The position numbers and the translations under genes are program-made. The notes under the pieces were generated by a model, which worked only from the letters and a program-made list of their open reading frames with translations, did not search any database and was not told the origin of the DNA. Below, in pieces: positions 63,963 to 64,000 of a DNA stretch of 64,000 bases. The stretch is from IMG/VR virus record IMGVR_UViG_3300046522_000316, positions 192,001-256,000 of that record; one strand, written 5' to 3'. Each line of letters starts with the position of its first letter. Positions within the stretch are counted from its first letter, which is position 1. Origin of the DNA: a virus. Its lineage: Duplodnaviria; Caudoviricetes.

Positions 63963-64000
63963 TGCTGTGCCCTCGCTGGCGATTCGTTCGATACAGGAAT

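Noticed and set aside
1-64000. CRISPR array, tRNA/rRNA genes, integrase/transposase, DGR reverse transcriptase
   Set aside because: No regularly spaced repeats, cloverleafs or catalytic motifs seen by eye; a tRNAscan/Infernal run would be needed to exclude divergent RNAs
1-64000. Assignment to a named phage or to the nucleus-forming phiKZ group
   Set aside because: Tail domains and gene content suggest a Pseudomonas jumbo phage, but no diagnostic core gene (shell protein, tubulin, RNA polymerase, terminase) is in the window

Overview
A 64-kb segment of a large lytic tailed-phage (jumbo myovirus-like) genome, probably infecting Pseudomonas. The host is inferred from an AmrZ-like regulator and is not proven. 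The window has two convergent blocks meeting at a bidirectional terminator near 11.77 kb. (1) 1-11.7 kb, + strand: virion/tail structural genes (LamG-containing tail proteins, a phiKZ gp131-like tail domain, a fibre/decoration protein with a 636-nt internal duplication) followed by a putative lysis cassette (membrane proteins, a lipoprotein, an M15-type peptidase). (2) 11.8-64 kb, - strand: about 100 tightly packed, mostly small accessory genes. Recognisable products are a glutathionylspermidine-synthetase-like ATP-grasp ligase with a partner lipoprotein, three Nudix proteins, NADAR, DUF4326, an HD phosphohydrolase, two GNATs, a 2OG-Fe(II) oxygenase, and AmrZ/Arc, RHH, XRE and AP2 DNA-binding proteins. 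Non-coding signals include a recurring strand-specific AACTGTAAATA motif, UNCG hairpins, a 100-nt inverted-repeat element containing a sigma70-like promoter, and a candidate -1 frameshift site. I saw no tRNA, rRNA, CRISPR array, integrase or transposase. All family assignments come from motif recognition by eye. No searches were run. Several start codons were moved from the ORF track to RBS-supported positions.
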